A DNA stretch of 64,000 nt from Verrucomicrobiota bacterium (GTDB lineage Bacteria > Verrucomicrobiota > Verrucomicrobiia > Opitutales > Cerasicoccaceae): contig JBCBUK010000001.1 of NCBI GenBank assembly GCA_039818205.1, positions 160,001 through 224,000 of the forward strand, read 5' to 3'. This document shows positions 51,296-62,958 of this stretch, one piece after another (within the stretch, counting starts at the first letter, position 1; each line of letters opens with the position of its first letter). Made by a program: the position numbers and the translations under genes. A model generated the notes under the pieces. It saw nothing but the letters and a program-made list of their open reading frames with translations, was not told where the DNA came from and did no database searches.

Positions 51296-52369
51296 ATGCG
51301 CACGACCTGGCACTCCAACGATACAAATTTCACCCAATTCATCCTCGCTGGTGACATTGGTGGAACCAACAGTAACCTGGCAATTGTCGGCGAGAAAGAC
51401 GGAGTGTTCACACTTCTCGTCGAATGCGTGTTTCCCAGCCAGGATATCCTGGGGCTCATCGATCCGATCAAGCAGACGCTAGCGGTCACCAGCGAGCGCC
51501 TAGAGGGCGTTAAAATCGAGCGATGCTGTATCAGCGGCGCAGGCCCGGTGGCCGACAATTTTTGCAAGCTGAGCAACCTGTCGTGGAACATTGACGGTAA
51601 CGAGATTCAACGGACCATCGGAATCCCAACCATCGTGATCAACGATTTCCTAGCCATTAGCTACGGCGTTCCGCTGCTAGACGTCCACCAACCCGACAAG
51701 ATTTCGCAGCTTCCCCACACCGACGGCAGTCTCTCCGAGCCGAGTGGCGATGTTTCCCTAGTCATCGGTGCTGGAACGGGCTTGGGCGTCGGATTTGTCA
51801 TCAACCACAACGGCAAAATGATCGCCTACCCCTCGGAAGGTGGTCATGCGAGCTTCGCGAATTTCGACGCCGAAACCAGTGAGCTAAAACATTACGTAAT
51901 CCAGAACACAAATTACGCCTCAGAAATTGAAATGCTCGTTTCTGGACGCGGCTTGGCGAATATTTTCAACTTCTTCCGCGATGTCCGTAAAGTCACCCTC
52001 GATGGGGTCCTCAAGGAAATCGATGCCGCTGCCGACACCGATAAGCCCGCGTTAATCGGCACCCACGCGGAAAATAATCCCGTCTGCCGAGACGTCCTGC
52101 GCCTATTCATCAAGGTTTATGGACGCATCACAGCCGATTTTGCGACTGTCCTCCTCCCGACCAACGGCATTTACCTCGCTGGCGGAATCGTTGAGAAGAA
52201 CGAACACTACTTCGCGGATGGCCGGCAGTTCATGTATTACTTCGAGCAGAATTTCCGCCCGAGCATTCAAGAGATCCTTAAGAAATTCCCCGTCTACATC
52301 ATTCGCGAATACAGCGTCTCCCTCTATGGAGCCGCAAATGCCGCTACCCTGCTTACTGAAGCAGAATAG
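51296..52369 (+). CDS. glk: Glucokinase
   Basis: GDIGGTN, GAGPV, INDF, GAGTGLG, SEGGH, VSGRGL, YLAGGI, LYGAA. Confidence 0.9.
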   Translation: MRTTWHSNDTNFTQFILAGDIGGTNSNLAIVGEKDGVFTLLVECVFPSQDILGLIDPIKQTLAVTSERLEGVKIERCCISGAGPVADNFCKLSNLSWNIDGNEIQRTIGIPTIVINDFLAISYGVPLLDVHQPDKISQLPHTDGSLSEPSGDVSLVIGAGTGLGVGFVINHNGKMIAYPSEGGHASFANFDAETSELKHYVIQNTNYASEIEMLVSGRGLANIFNFFRDVRKVTLDGVLKEIDAAADTDKPALIGTHAENNPVCRDVLRLFIKVYGRITADFATVLLPTNGIYLAGGIVEKNEHYFADGRQFMYYFEQNFRPSIQEILKKFPVYIIREYSVSLYGAANAATLLTEAE

Positions 52370-52426
52370 CGGCACGCAACAGATGATGATGTATCGAACT
52401 AAAAAGTTTTAACGAGCACTGGACGA

Positions 52427-53206
52427 TTAGATACCGTCCCGCTCAAAGTAGCGGCCAGCGTTTTCGTCGACGTCCACTTTAAGCATCCACTCGACATGGC
52501 CGTCGGCGAAAAGGTAGTGGCCACCGTCGTCATAGTGCGTTGGCGCACCCGCAGCTGGCCAGCCGCCACCATTGCCGACCCAAGTCGTGCTTTCCGACTT
52601 TCCGTCGCCGTTGGACTCAGCGATGACGACGAAGCGGGATGGAAATACGATCGACGATGGCATAGTGGGCAGGCGCTCGACATTGCGAACGTCAGGACTT
52701 GGGTGAACAGAACCCATGCCGTCGATTCCACCGTGACCTGAATTGTAGCCATAGCTAGAGGTCTCACCGGCATTGTTCGGGTCGAAATCAATCTCAGCAC
52801 CTGGATTTTGGAAAACTGTTTTGGTCGGATCCTCGATCCAATCGAAGTCTCCTTGAACGAGCTGAGCAAAACCAAGTTTCTCAGCAATGACATCCTGCCA
52901 ACCAAAATTTGCCCATTTGCCGTCTCCACCATAAGTACCCCATGGCGCCGGGTAACGGCCGGGGCCGATCAGCGTATCCTGTGGAGTTCCGTCCATAATA
53001 CAGAGGCTAAGGCCATGGCCTATTTGGCGAAGGTTACTGGCCGACTTCGAAGCGTTCGAACGTTCTCGAACCTTACCGATCGCCGGAATCAGGACCGCGG
53101 CTAAAATCGCGATAATCGCAATAACTGTAAGCAATTCAACCAACGTGAAAGCTTTACGCGTGATAGGTGACTGGTGGGTGTTATTGGGAGGTAATTTTTT
53201 GGGCAT
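52427..53206 (-). CDS. Prepilin-type N-terminal cleavage/methylation protein with H-X9-DG domain
   Basis: AFTLVELLTVIAIIAILAA, SNLRQIG, HYDDGGHYLFADGHV. Confidence 0.9.
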   Translation of the reverse strand: MPKKLPPNNTHQSPITRKAFTLVELLTVIAIIAILAAVLIPAIGKVRERSNASKSASNLRQIGHGLSLCIMDGTPQDTLIGPGRYPAPWGTYGGDGKWANFGWQDVIAEKLGFAQLVQGDFDWIEDPTKTVFQNPGAEIDFDPNNAGETSSYGYNSGHGGIDGMGSVHPSPDVRNVERLPTMPSSIVFPSRFVVIAESNGDGKSESTTWVGNGGGWPAAGAPTHYDDGGHYLFADGHVEWMLKVDVDENAGRYFERDGI

Positions 53207-53366
53207 AATTAGAACAAACAATTACCAAATACTACATGTACATGTATATTTTGTCCAGAAAAACCGCTCAAAAGAAAACCCCCACAGAAACGCTTTAAAT
53301 TCACCCCGCGAAACAGGTGCACGGACTCACAGTTGCATTCCCATTCGTTTCACCTATCGTTCCATT

Positions 53367-55403
53367 GTGGATTTTGAATTAAAGGCAGATTATTCCCCTC
53401 AAGGCGACCAGCCAACCGCAATTAAATCGCTCACAGAGTCGATAGCTTCTGGGAACAAGTTCCAAACGCTACTGGGAGTAACTGGCTCGGGGAAGACCTT
53501 TACGATGGCCAATATCGTGCAGAATCTACAGCGCCCAACCCTCATCATATCTCACAATAAGACTCTGGCTGCGCAACTCTACTCAGAATTCAAGGCGTTT
53601 TTCCCTAACAACGCGGTCGAATACTTCGTCAGTTACTACGATTACTATCAGCCCGAAGCCTACGTCCCCGCGACCGATACGTACATAGAGAAGGATTCAA
53701 GCATCAACGATGAGATCGAGCGCCTGCGCATCTCGGCGACTTCCTCCCTGATAAGCCGGCGCGACGTCCTCGTTGTCGCGAGTGTTAGCTGCATCTATGG
53801 ACTGGGCTCCCCGGAAGATTTCCGAGAAATGATGATTCCCCTCCGGGTTGGCGAGGAGTATGGGCGCGATAAACTCCTCGAGCGTTTAGTCGAAAATTTA
53901 TACGAGCGGAATGACATTCAGTTGACACGTGGAAAGTTCCGCGTTCGCGGTGAAGTCGTTGATATTTTTCCGGCTTACATGGAAAGTGCGATCCGCGTCG
54001 AATTCTGGGGTGATGAGATTGAATCAATCGCGGGCCTTGACCCGCTGACTGGCGAAACTGGCGAGCGCCTGAACCATTTCCACCTCTATCCAGCCAACCA
54101 ATACATCACGCCTCGCAATAAGTTGGACGTCGCGGTTAAGGCAATCCAAGCCGAGGCGAACCAGCAAGTTGCCGACTTCGAGAAGAATCGCCGATTGATC
54201 GAAGCCCAACGAATCAAGATGCGGACAGACTACGACCTTGAGCTACTCCAGGAAATGGGCTTCTGCAATGGAATCGAGAACTACTCGCGTCATCTGTCCG
54301 GCCGTAAGCCGGGTGAACGCCCTTGGTGCTTGATCGACTTCTTTCCTGATGACCTTCTCCTCATGATCGACGAGAGTCACGTGACCGTTCCCCAGATTGG
54401 CGCCATGTACAATGGCGACCGCGCCCGCAAAGAACGCCTCGTCGATTTCGGATTTCGCCTACCCTCCGCCCTCGACAACCGACCACTCAAACCAGACGAG
54501 TTCTGGGACGTGACCGGCCAATGCCTTTTTGTCTCAGCAACACCAGCCAAGTTGGAAATGGAAAAGTCGACGACAGTCGCACATCAAGTGGTTCGCCCAA
54601 CCGGCCTGCTCGACCCGATCCTCGAGATGCGATCCACGAAGGGCCAGGTCGAAGACTTAATCGGTGAGATAAAACAAGCCGTCGCCGCGGAAGAACGCGT
54701 CTTGGTTACAACCCTTACCAAGCGGATGAGCGAAGATCTAACCAGCTACTTGCGCGAGGCCGACATCCGTGTGGAATACCTACACAGCGACATCGACGCG
54801 ATTGAACGGGTCGAGATCCTGAGAAACCTCAGACGAGGAGATTTTGATGTGCTCGTTGGAGTCAACCTACTTCGCGAGGGGCTCGACCTCCCTGAAGTTG
54901 CCCTGGTCGCGATTCTCGACGCAGACAAAGAGGGATTTTTGCGCAGTGAAACAAGCCTCATTCAAACTGCAGGGCGGGCAGCTAGGCACGAGAAAGGCCG
55001 GGTTATCATGTACGCCGATGCGCTCAACGACTCGCTGCGGCGCACCTTCGAAGTCACCGAAACACGGCGAGCCAAACAGATTGCACACAATGAGGCGCAT
55101 GGAATAACTCCCCGCAGCGTTCGACGCATGGACCAGACGAGCCTACAACGCGAAGAAGTGGCCGAGAACTCGGTTGACCTCCAAGCTTCTGGCGGCGACG
55201 AAGATGTCGCAGCAGTTCTTGCCGAGCTCGAGTCCGAGATGCTTGAGGCAGCCACGAACCTGCAGTTTGAACGGGCAGCCGTCCTGCGGGATCAGATTGA
55301 TGCACTCAAGAACGGTGCCAAACCAACGGGGAGCCGGAATGCGTCGAGCCCGCGGCGGCGCAAGCGCGGCAAGAAAGGCAAGAACATGAAATGGGGCCGC
55401 TAG
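53367..55403 (+). CDS. uvrB: Excinuclease ABC subunit B
   Basis: [53 protein letters not shown] start at 53367. Confidence 0.98.
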   Translation: MDFELKADYSPQGDQPTAIKSLTESIASGNKFQTLLGVTGSGKTFTMANIVQNLQRPTLIISHNKTLAAQLYSEFKAFFPNNAVEYFVSYYDYYQPEAYVPATDTYIEKDSSINDEIERLRISATSSLISRRDVLVVASVSCIYGLGSPEDFREMMIPLRVGEEYGRDKLLERLVENLYERNDIQLTRGKFRVRGEVVDIFPAYMESAIRVEFWGDEIESIAGLDPLTGETGERLNHFHLYPANQYITPRNKLDVAVKAIQAEANQQVADFEKNRRLIEAQRIKMRTDYDLELLQEMGFCNGIENYSRHLSGRKPGERPWCLIDFFPDDLLLMIDESHVTVPQIGAMYNGDRARKERLVDFGFRLPSALDNRPLKPDEFWDVTGQCLFVSATPAKLEMEKSTTVAHQVVRPTGLLDPILEMRSTKGQVEDLIGEIKQAVAAEERVLVTTLTKRMSEDLTSYLREADIRVEYLHSDIDAIERVEILRNLRRGDFDVLVGVNLLREGLDLPEVALVAILDADKEGFLRSETSLIQTAGRAARHEKGRVIMYADALNDSLRRTFEVTETRRAKQIAHNEAHGITPRSVRRMDQTSLQREEVAENSVDLQASGGDEDVAAVLAELESEMLEAATNLQFERAAVLRDQIDALKNGAKPTGSRNASSPRRRKRGKKGKNMKWGR

Positions 55404-55416
55404 TTAATACTCGCGC

Positions 55417-56517
55417 TTACTCAGCATCAGCGGGAGGCAGCTCCTCAGGTTCCTCAATCTGGATCATGATCAAGATCCATCCGGTCGCCTCAATGGGCGA
55501 GGCAAGAATGGTAAACGCCTCCTCCTTATCATACATCAAGCTACTTACTTCGGCCTTCCCCTCAGGACTAAACCAAAGAAGGACCGATTCGGTTACGGTA
55601 TTGATCAAAGAAAAACTTGAAACCTGCACACCGTCGGGCAGATCCGTAATCTCGTTGATGTTTTCCTCAGTTCGGAAATAAAGCACGGGCGCCTTAGCCT
55701 CGGTGTTAACCGAAACGATTTCCTTTTCGATCTTAGGGTCGGAGGCATCAATCGCTAATCCTTGAGCATCGACGATGTAGGTAATCGCGTTAGCACCATT
55801 CGCCAATTCGCCCAAAACGTCGTCAGCCAATTCATCCAAAGTAATGTCACGCGAAGCGACTCCGAGCAACTCGTCGCCATCAAAAACGGGAAATGACGCC
55901 GTAACCATCATGCCGTCACCGACGAGATCAAGATAAGGCAAGGTCCAACCCACGCTACGTTCTTCAAAATTGGCCGCCGAATAAAATTCCTGTTCCGTAG
56001 GCGGGTTATTGTAAACTGCCTCCTCCATTGTAAGATAGGGATAGATGAGAAACAACTCATTCGGCGTCGTGCAATAAACCCATGAAAAATCAAAACTGTT
56101 GTAAGCGGCCCGGATAACGGGGACCAATGCTTCTAACTCGGTTGCCGTTCGCCGAACACCTTCGTCGAGCTCATCCCCATTGTAACTACACAATGCGGGA
56201 TAAGGGAACTTATAGCCAGGCGTTGACTCCAAGTCCTGCCAGGATCGAAAGATGGCAGTCTCACCATCGAGAATCATACGGGCTTTCCAGTAATCCTCGG
56301 GCTCAGCGGGGAGCTTCTCGAGGTGAACGCGTCGCCACTCCTCGCCAACCGCCTCAATGCTCTCTTCGATTGACTGGAACAAGTCATTGATTCGTCCAGC
56401 ACCGAGCGTAACCAATGCCTTATCCAGCGTGGCATCATCCGCAAATGCGGATTGCCCAACCACCAGCGCACCAACGCACATCAATCTCCGCCAGGTTCCC
56501 AACGAACTGGATATCAT
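55417..56517 (-). CDS. Stand-alone periplasmic Cache (dCache) domain protein
   Basis: Signal peptide; WTLPYLDLVGDGMMVTASFPV, GVASRDITL, TGWILI; no kinase or MCP output domain. Confidence 0.75.
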   Translation of the reverse strand: MISSSLGTWRRLMCVGALVVGQSAFADDATLDKALVTLGAGRINDLFQSIEESIEAVGEEWRRVHLEKLPAEPEDYWKARMILDGETAIFRSWQDLESTPGYKFPYPALCSYNGDELDEGVRRTATELEALVPVIRAAYNSFDFSWVYCTTPNELFLIYPYLTMEEAVYNNPPTEQEFYSAANFEERSVGWTLPYLDLVGDGMMVTASFPVFDGDELLGVASRDITLDELADDVLGELANGANAITYIVDAQGLAIDASDPKIEKEIVSVNTEAKAPVLYFRTEENINEITDLPDGVQVSSFSLINTVTESVLLWFSPEGKAEVSSLMYDKEEAFTILASPIEATGWILIMIQIEEPEELPPADAE

Positions 56518-56539
56518 CGCCTCCGATCCCAAGTCTGAA

Positions 56540-56788
56540 TTAGAACCAACCCTTCTTACCAGTTATATAAGTGGCGACAAATTCGTCGTCCGTTTTGGTC
56601 AGGTAGATGATTCCCTCGATCAGGCCAATGATGCCCATGACCGCACCAAGAATACCGAAAGTCAGAATAGTGACCAAGAGCATGATTATACCCTCTTTGG
56701 TGTAGCCGAGGATGAATTTGTGAACGCCAAGTGCGCCAAGAAGAATACCGCACACTCCAGCGGGGATTTTTGAACTAGCATCAGCCAT
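56540..56788 (-). CDS. TM2-domain membrane protein
   Basis: AGVCGILLGALGVHKFILG, IEGIIYL. Confidence 0.9.
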   Translation of the reverse strand: MADASSKIPAGVCGILLGALGVHKFILGYTKEGIIMLLVTILTFGILGAVMGIIGLIEGIIYLTKTDDEFVATYITGKKGWF

Positions 56789-56900
56789 AACAGGATCGTT
56801 TAGTGGTTAATTTAGACTAATTTATATAACCGCTGGGATCGATGGCGACAAGCCATAACTGCGACACAACCGGCCACAATTTGATGACAAAAACGTAAAA

Positions 56901-57374
56901 CTAGTCCTGGCAGGCCTCACACAACCCATACAGCTCAAGCCGATGGGTTATTTCCTGAAAACCAAGCTTCTCAGCGGCTTGCTCAAATGGGTGCGCGTGA
57001 CACTCATCGAGACATTGAATCAAACCGCATTTCCGGCAAATGACGTGGTGATGATGACCATGGTGACAATCGATCAATTCATACAATGTGCGGCCACCTT
57101 CATCTCGCAGCGTTTGCAGCACCCCGATCTCCTCAAATGCACTCAGGTTTCGATACAAGGTCACCAAATCAAACGACTTGGGACCCAGGAGCTGGTGCAA
57201 GGCCTCAATTGCCATTGGTCGGCCCGCATTGGCGAGCACTTGAACCAGTCGTTTGCGAGCAGCCGTGATACGCATACCGCGCTCGCGCATGATATCCAGA
57301 GTCGGATCGAAGTGTGTGCTGTGGGATCTCTTGCTCAACATAATCAGAAAAACAGGAACCAGCACGTTTGGCAA
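56901..57374 (-). CDS. Fur-family regulator (Zur-like); start uncertain
   Basis: VTLYRNL, HHHHVICRKCG, LYGLCEAC. Confidence 0.9.
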   Translation of the reverse strand: MPNVLVPVFLIMLSKRSHSTHFDPTLDIMRERGMRITAARKRLVQVLANAGRPMAIEALHQLLGPKSFDLVTLYRNLSAFEEIGVLQTLRDEGGRTLYELIDCHHGHHHHVICRKCGLIQCLDECHAHPFEQAAEKLGFQEITHRLELYGLCEACQD

Positions 57375-57626
57375 CTCGTTCCGATCCGAAAGGTTCGCGG
57401 TAATATTACGACTGACTGAATAAATTGCTCCTTGATCGAAAACTCCCGGACAAATTTATCTAATATTTTGATTGCATAAAATTAGACAATTGACATAAAA
57501 GCCGAATTCTTTCATTGAAATTCCAATTCCTGAGCAGCTTTGCGCGGTTGAGGCGGAATAATCCTTGCCAAACTGCGACAAGGGGCTTTCTTTTTCGGCC
57601 TTCGCAGACCGTGCTGCATTTTTTAA

Positions 57627-58676
<1,050 letters not shown>

Positions 58677-58699
58677 GCTGAGCTCAGCACAACACTTTC

Positions 58700-58730
58700 A
58701 AAAGCCGCTTCCCCTGGGAGCGGCTTTTTT
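58700..58730. terminator. Bidirectional terminator
   Basis: aaaagccgcttccc-ct-gggagcggcttttt. Confidence 0.8.
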
Positions 58731-58768
58731 CATATCATATGTTTGGCGTGATGAAGATGGCCGGCGGT

Positions 58769-60772
58769 TTAGACATCCGATGCCTTAAAAACCAATAGCA
58801 GTTGATCCAGGATGCCCTGCCCTTCTTCGTTTAGCGTCTGCTCCCGATGATAGGCCAGCGCAATGACAAGCGGCAAAAACCGTTGGTTTTCCGAAGTCGT
58901 AGCCAACGCAACCTGCGCCTTGCCCAATATCTCGGCTTCGCTGACGTTTATATCCTCCAGCTCAGACTTCCGGGGCAAGGTCATAAACAGTGCAGTCAAA
59001 GCGTCCTGACGAATTCCACCCGAATCATCGAGCAGATCAAGCCATTGACGCTGGGCAAGTAACGACTCGCCAGCCCAATATTCATAAACTCCAGAGATGT
59101 AAGCGACCCGGGGTGAATAATCCGCGAGATCCTGTGCTGCATTGAGCCGGTCCATTAGCATGCTCCCATTCGGCCGCCCTCCCGTCGTGATCAGAGTCTC
59201 AAGCGCAAGATTGTACTCGGCGACCACCGCCAGCTCTTTGGCGGCACGACGATTCGGGTCCTCCGCCATTGCGCTTTGCGCCCAATCAAGGGCCTCAACA
59301 TCGTCATTGGCTTCAAGAGCCGCATAACCTAGCAGCAAATAATCTTGAACGGCCGTCTTTGGCTCTCGCACTCCGAACCCGTTCGAAAAAGTGAACGCAA
59401 TGACAACAATCAGGGCGGTAACAGCACCGACCCATTGCCACCTACCAGAAGATTGCCAGGGCAAGGTCGCCCATCCACCGACGATAACAGCGAGCATCGG
59501 TGCCATCGGTAATCGAAACCGCGCGCTTACGTAGGTGAGAACCAAGCCGGCGGCAAACGCAAGCGCGGCCATGACAATAAATCCGAGCAGTGGGTAATTC
59601 TTGCGCCCCAGAAATAGAAGTGGAACTGCCGCCGACAACAACAAGCCCCAGCCCAATGGATTGAACATGATCGACGGACTGAGACCTTTGTGCACGCCAT
59701 AGGTCTTATTGTTGTATTGCTCGTAATCGTTCAACAAATAGTAACCTTTGCGAATGAGACGCCCCAAAAATGCTCCGGGATCGTCAGCAATCATTCGGTT
59801 TGTTCGGTCGCGCCAATAGTCATTGATCGATCGCCAATCCTCGGGTGCTGCCGGCCCCTTATCAACCCGGTAATGGTAGAGGGACTCGAGCCGAGCTGGA
59901 TTCTCGTGTCGATCGCCCTGGTAAACTTCGATCTCTTGCGCAAAATATTTTCCGTGCGATCCTGGCTTATTCGCAGCCCATAGGTTGAACGGACCTTGAG
60001 TCGGCATGATCGCGAACTCGCCCGAAATCTTTTTGTTTAGCGCTCCCATCATCACCGCCGGAATCGCTAGACCGACGAAGCACATAAGCACCGGCCAGCG
60101 AGGCGGAAGCTGATGATTTACACCTGCCGGCCCAGGCGTTTTCGCACGCGCAATGAACGCGATAGCCAGTAATACAAACGGCGCCGAGAGCGCCACCGCC
60201 CACATTTGGGGACGCGTTAAGGCAGCTAGGGCAAGCAGGAAACCGCAAGCCAATGCCGATTGCATCGAAGCGGACCGCAGGAACGCCGCCCCTCGATCCA
60301 GCCCCGCTAACAACAATGCGATCGACAAGGTGATGTCCAATGGATCACCCAGGAAAAATATGCCAACTGGATAGAGCGCCCAGACACCCGCGGCAAGGAT
60401 CGCAGCGCGGTCACTAGCCCAAAGCTGCTTGGAAAGCCGTGCGACCAACCAGAGCGAAAACAACCATGCAATCACGTTAAGCAAGCGCGCATAGTCCGGC
60501 CAAAGATAATCCGGGATGCCCACCGCCGGAGCAATCGATAGAATCAAAGCATAGAGTGGCGCCCGATAAAAGGGTTCAGCGACGAAAGAGCCACGAGAAA
60601 TCGAATCGGCGAGCTGGAGATTCTCTTTCCCATCCAGTACTGGATGCCCCCCCATCGGCGTATTTCCATACCAAAGGCAGTAGACAGCCGCATACAAGAA
60701 CCCAACGAGGAAAACGAGCAACAACAGTCGGCTGCGATTCAAGTGGGGTTCGTTGTTTGGGGAATGCGCCAT
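58769..60772 (-). CDS. GT-C-fold (ArnT/PMT-like) membrane glycosyltransferase with helical C-terminus
   Basis: PFYRAPLY, LAALTRP, NLWAAN, SARFRLP; many TM segments. Confidence 0.7.
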   Translation of the reverse strand: MAHSPNNEPHLNRSRLLLLVFLVGFLYAAVYCLWYGNTPMGGHPVLDGKENLQLADSISRGSFVAEPFYRAPLYALILSIAPAVGIPDYLWPDYARLLNVIAWLFSLWLVARLSKQLWASDRAAILAAGVWALYPVGIFFLGDPLDITLSIALLLAGLDRGAAFLRSASMQSALACGFLLALAALTRPQMWAVALSAPFVLLAIAFIARAKTPGPAGVNHQLPPRWPVLMCFVGLAIPAVMMGALNKKISGEFAIMPTQGPFNLWAANKPGSHGKYFAQEIEVYQGDRHENPARLESLYHYRVDKGPAAPEDWRSINDYWRDRTNRMIADDPGAFLGRLIRKGYYLLNDYEQYNNKTYGVHKGLSPSIMFNPLGWGLLLSAAVPLLFLGRKNYPLLGFIVMAALAFAAGLVLTYVSARFRLPMAPMLAVIVGGWATLPWQSSGRWQWVGAVTALIVVIAFTFSNGFGVREPKTAVQDYLLLGYAALEANDDVEALDWAQSAMAEDPNRRAAKELAVVAEYNLALETLITTGGRPNGSMLMDRLNAAQDLADYSPRVAYISGVYEYWAGESLLAQRQWLDLLDDSGGIRQDALTALFMTLPRKSELEDINVSEAEILGKAQVALATTSENQRFLPLVIALAYHREQTLNEEGQGILDQLLLVFKASDV

Positions 60773-60779
60773 GGGGTTT

Positions 60780-61481
60780 CTAGAAATCAGAACCAATCTC
60801 GGGGGCTTGATCGCTTAATTTTCCGTCGACAAGCGTAACCAGGCGATCGGCGACATCGAGGATGCGATTGTCGTGGGTCACCATTACAATCGTGTTGCCA
60901 AACTCTTTCGACAGCCGCTGGAGGTGGCTCACCACTTCTCGCCCGGTCGCCCCGTCAAGGGAAGCGGTTGGCTCATCGGCTAAAATGATTCCGGGGCGAT
61001 GAACCAATGCTCGCGCAATCGCCACCCGCTGCTTCTGTCCACCAGACAACTGAGATGGCAATTTATTAGCGTGATCAGTCAGATCGACCTCGGCCAAAAT
61101 CTCCAACGCGCGCTCCCGGGCCTTTGGGCCCGTCATTTTTGGATCAAAGGTCAGTGGCATCATGACGTTCTGAGTCACATCGAGCGAACCAATCAAATGG
61201 TGGTTCTGAAAAATAAACCCGATACCCCGGCGAACGTTGCACAACTCATTCTGGGAGGAGGTTTCAAGGCATTTGCCCTCAATCTCGATGCTTCCCTCTT
61301 GAATCGTCCGCAGACCCGCAACCAGTTTGAGCAAGGTAGTCTTACCGGAACCCGATGGCCCCACAATAATGGAAATCTGGCCTTCGTAAAATTCAGAGGT
61401 AATGCCATGCAATACCTCCTGCTTGGTCTCACCGGAACCAAAGGTATAGTGCAGATCTTTGATTGATATAATCGAATTCAT
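60780..61481 (-). CDS. ABC transporter ATPase (DevA-like)
   Basis: GPSGSGKTT, LSGGQKQR, ADEPTASLD, VTHDNRIL. Confidence 0.9.
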   Translation of the reverse strand: MNSIISIKDLHYTFGSGETKQEVLHGITSEFYEGQISIIVGPSGSGKTTLLKLVAGLRTIQEGSIEIEGKCLETSSQNELCNVRRGIGFIFQNHHLIGSLDVTQNVMMPLTFDPKMTGPKARERALEILAEVDLTDHANKLPSQLSGGQKQRVAIARALVHRPGIILADEPTASLDGATGREVVSHLQRLSKEFGNTIVMVTHDNRILDVADRLVTLVDGKLSDQAPEIGSDF

Positions 61482-61490
61482 TCCCGGGGA

Positions 61491-61766
61491 TTACGCCTCC
61501 AATTTTTGCGGCTCAATCGCTTGGAAACGACCGATTTGGCTTGAAATGAGCCATTGCTGCCCAAGCAACCAAAAGAGAATCAGCAAAGGAATCAAACCAG
61601 TTGCGAAATGATCAACAGACAAAAGGTAGACCAACTGAAATATTCCAAAACCGATAAGGTATCGAATGTTCCTCTGACTCTTCTTTTGAAAAATTTCGAT
61701 CAACTCCTCGAGTGCTTCTGCGCTGTAACTTGCTTTTGCGAGGAGGCGTATTTCTTGTTTCTTCAT
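61491..61766 (-). CDS. Small hypothetical two-TM protein
   Basis: GGGAGG RBS before MKKQEIR; fills the gap inside the operon. Confidence 0.55.
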   Translation of the reverse strand: MKKQEIRLLAKASYSAEALEELIEIFQKKSQRNIRYLIGFGIFQLVYLLSVDHFATGLIPLLILFWLLGQQWLISSQIGRFQAIEPQKLEA

Positions 61767-61779
61767 AAAATAGACCTCC

Positions 61780-62952
61780 CTAAAAAATATCTGCCGGGTT
61801 CGCGTGGCGTAGTTTGCGCGTGGCCAAGGCGCCAGCCAACATGCACATGACAATGGTCAAACCAAGCACAGCGACCGCGTTGTCCCACTGAAAGTAGGTC
61901 GGCATGTAGGCCACGTTTCGCGTCACATAATAAAGCCCCGCGGTGAAGGCGGCTCCCGGAATAAAACCGAAAACGCTCAGGATAATCGACTCCTGCAAGA
62001 TTAGGCTGATGAAGTAGCTATCGCGAAATCCGATGGACTTGAGCGTTGCATATTCCTCGAGGTGATCCGTGACGTCGGTGTAGAGAATCTGATACACGAT
62101 CACCGCACCGACGATGAGTGCAACGGTCATCGAGGCGGAGATCACAAAGCCAATTGGTGTCCGTTCACTCCAATAGGCCTTCTCATTATCGATGAACTCC
62201 TGCCGCGTCATCACCTTGACATCGTCCGGTAGGATCTGGATCAACTCCTGTTTGATAAGATCCGGATCCGACCCGTCCTTGAGCATAATCAGGCCGACGC
62301 TTGGTAGATTCGGATTCTGTCCCGGAAAAATCTCAAAAAACGTTCGTTTGCTGACCAGCAGATTGCCGTCCGCGGCAAAAGTCGTCCCCATTTCAAAGGA
62401 ACCAATGATCTCGGTCGCGCGTCCATTCGTTTCCGTGGTGACGTGTCCTTCCTCCAGGAGTTCGACAATCGGACCAAACTTAGCGTGTGAGCGTTCGTCG
62501 AACAACGCAGCACCCGGGATCTTCAGCCCGCCCTGCAATGCTTCAATGGCTGGATCGTTAAACGGTTTGTCGGCTGGATCGAATCCGATGATGAAAATAT
62601 CTCGATTGACCTGAGTATTCGGATTCTTGATCGGCAAGTTCACCAAGTAAAGCGGTGCCACATCGACAACCTCGGGGAGCGCATAGGCCTGCGTCAACCG
62701 CTTCTCCGAAAAACCACGGCTAATTCCAAAATACTCGTATTGAGGCGACGCAATGACGATGTCGCCGTTCATCATCAGGTGGGGAAAGACCACCTGGGTA
62801 AACATCGCAGTCTTGAGGCCCATTTGATAGAGCATCATCGTAACCGCAAAGATGATTCCGGCAACCGCAGCAAAGAACCGCTTCTTCTCCTTAACCAGGT
62901 TTAACCAGGCTAGAGGAATGCCCAGCGGAATCAATTTGTTCAATAGTGGCAT
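61780..62952 (-). CDS. ABC transporter permease (DevC-like)
   Basis: IPLAWLNL, FAADGNL, LPDDV, VYQILYTDV, EYATLKSIG, ANPADIF. Confidence 0.9.
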   Translation of the reverse strand: MPLLNKLIPLGIPLAWLNLVKEKKRFFAAVAGIIFAVTMMLYQMGLKTAMFTQVVFPHLMMNGDIVIASPQYEYFGISRGFSEKRLTQAYALPEVVDVAPLYLVNLPIKNPNTQVNRDIFIIGFDPADKPFNDPAIEALQGGLKIPGAALFDERSHAKFGPIVELLEEGHVTTETNGRATEIIGSFEMGTTFAADGNLLVSKRTFFEIFPGQNPNLPSVGLIMLKDGSDPDLIKQELIQILPDDVKVMTRQEFIDNEKAYWSERTPIGFVISASMTVALIVGAVIVYQILYTDVTDHLEEYATLKSIGFRDSYFISLILQESIILSVFGFIPGAAFTAGLYYVTRNVAYMPTYFQWDNAVAVLGLTIVMCMLAGALATRKLRHANPADIF

Positions 62953-62958
62953 ATCGAA

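Noticed and set aside
53145..53366. 74-aa N-terminal extension of UvrB
   Set aside because: Overlaps the divergent gene and promoter; homology starts at GTG 53367.
56835..56890. Loose resemblance to a fluoride riboswitch (gatgg...gccataactgc...tgatgac)
   Set aside because: No downstream gene on that strand and the pairing does not fit.
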